Origin: Candidatus Zixiibacteriota bacterium
GTDB taxonomy: Bacteria; Zixibacteria; MSB-5A5; GN15; JAAZOE01
Direction: 5' to 3'
Length of the DNA: 17,767 nucleotides
Assembly: GCA_043819555.1 (NCBI GenBank)
Contig: JBDREQ010000054.1
Location: 1-17,767 of the forward strand
Shown: one piece after another, positions 17,483-17,767 of the stretch
How the letters are laid out: each line of letters starts with the position of its first letter
Position numbering within the stretch: position 1 is the stretch's first letter
Notes under the pieces: model-generated
Told to the model about the DNA's origin: nothing
The model's input: the letters and a program-made list of their open reading frames with translations, nothing else
Databases searched by the model: none
Program-made: the position numbers and the translations under genes

Positions 17483-17521
17483 GTGTCGTGCAGGTGTCCT
17501 GTGGGCGGCAGACGTCCTCGT
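17483..17521. repeat. Two tandem REP-like half-palindromes interrupted by the IS
   Basis: GTGTCGTGCAGGTGTCCT (17483-17500) and GTGGGCGGCAGACGTCCT (17501-17518) share 12/18 identity. The second continues with CGT, the start of a right arm complementary to ...ACG, and stops at the IS end. Confidence 0.45.
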
Positions 17522-17767
17522 TGTATAGTATCATGAGATACTTTACAATGTGTATCATGACATGGTTTACACTTTTGGTGTATTTTGTATTCAAAAATAA
17601 GGAGACAGAATATGCCGTGGGCCATGAGGAGTGTGAACGAAGAGAGGATTAAATTTGTAATTAGAGCTAGCCAGGGGGCGGTGAATTTGAGTTCTCTTTG
17701 CCGTGAATTTGGTATAAGTCGTCCCACCGGTTACCTCTGGTTGGATCGCTATCGAGAGGCTGGCAGT
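17522..17767 (+). mobile_element. IS481-family insertion sequence, left end (runs off the window)
   Basis: Begins with TGT. Two sub-terminal direct repeats, GTATCATGAGATACTTTACA (17528-17547) and GTATCATGACATGGTTTACA (17552-17571), are followed by the transposase start. Confidence 0.8.
17612..17767 (+). CDS. IS481-family transposase, N-terminal HTH (3'-truncated by the window)
   Basis: AAGGAG RBS. Manual translation gives MPWAMRSVNEERIKFVIRASQGAVNLSSLCREFGISRPTGYLWLDRYREAGS, matching the MPW...R..FV...LCR.FGISR.TGY.W..RY N-terminus typical of IS481-type transposases. Absent from the ORF track. Confidence 0.88.
   Translation, partial: MPWAMRSVNEERIKFVIRASQGAVNLSSLCREFGISRPTGYLWLDRYREAGS

Noticed and set aside
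17528..17571. Direct repeats as a possible CRISPR array
   Set aside because: Only two 20-bp copies 4 nt apart, with no spacers and no cas genes. They are explained as IS end binding sites.
17443..17727. ORF-track ORFs 17443-17652 (+) and 17452-17727 (-)
   Set aside because: They cross the REP-like/IS junction and the IS end repeats. The real coding frame is the transposase starting at 17612.

Overview
Bacterial chromosomal segment, about 45% GC by eye, from a diderm organism (it encodes Lol-type lipoprotein export). Gene style is reminiscent of FCB-associated candidate phyla such as Zixibacteria, but this is a low-confidence inference. Left to right it holds: the 3' part of an M16 zinc peptidase; an orphan, degenerate ModA-like lipoprotein; a translationally coupled comEA-like / pilM-like / rsmD / coaD operon; and four minus-strand accessory genes (UDG-fold protein, secreted hypothetical, four-repeat Ig-like lipoprotein, uncharacterised lipoprotein). 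These are followed by lysS, a 100-bp composite GTCATTGCGAG palindromic element, lolC/E-lolD-mcsA-mcsB-clpC (no ctsR), a stand-alone rpmA (no rplU), and at the right edge the left end of an IS481-family element that the ORF track missed. The IS appears to sit inside nested REP-like half-palindromes. No rRNA, tRNA or CRISPR array was seen. No clearly new multi-gene system is demonstrable. The best leads are the UDG-fold gene, the IS-in-REP junction, the degenerate ModA and PilM orphans, and the CtsR-less arginine-kinase/ClpC module.
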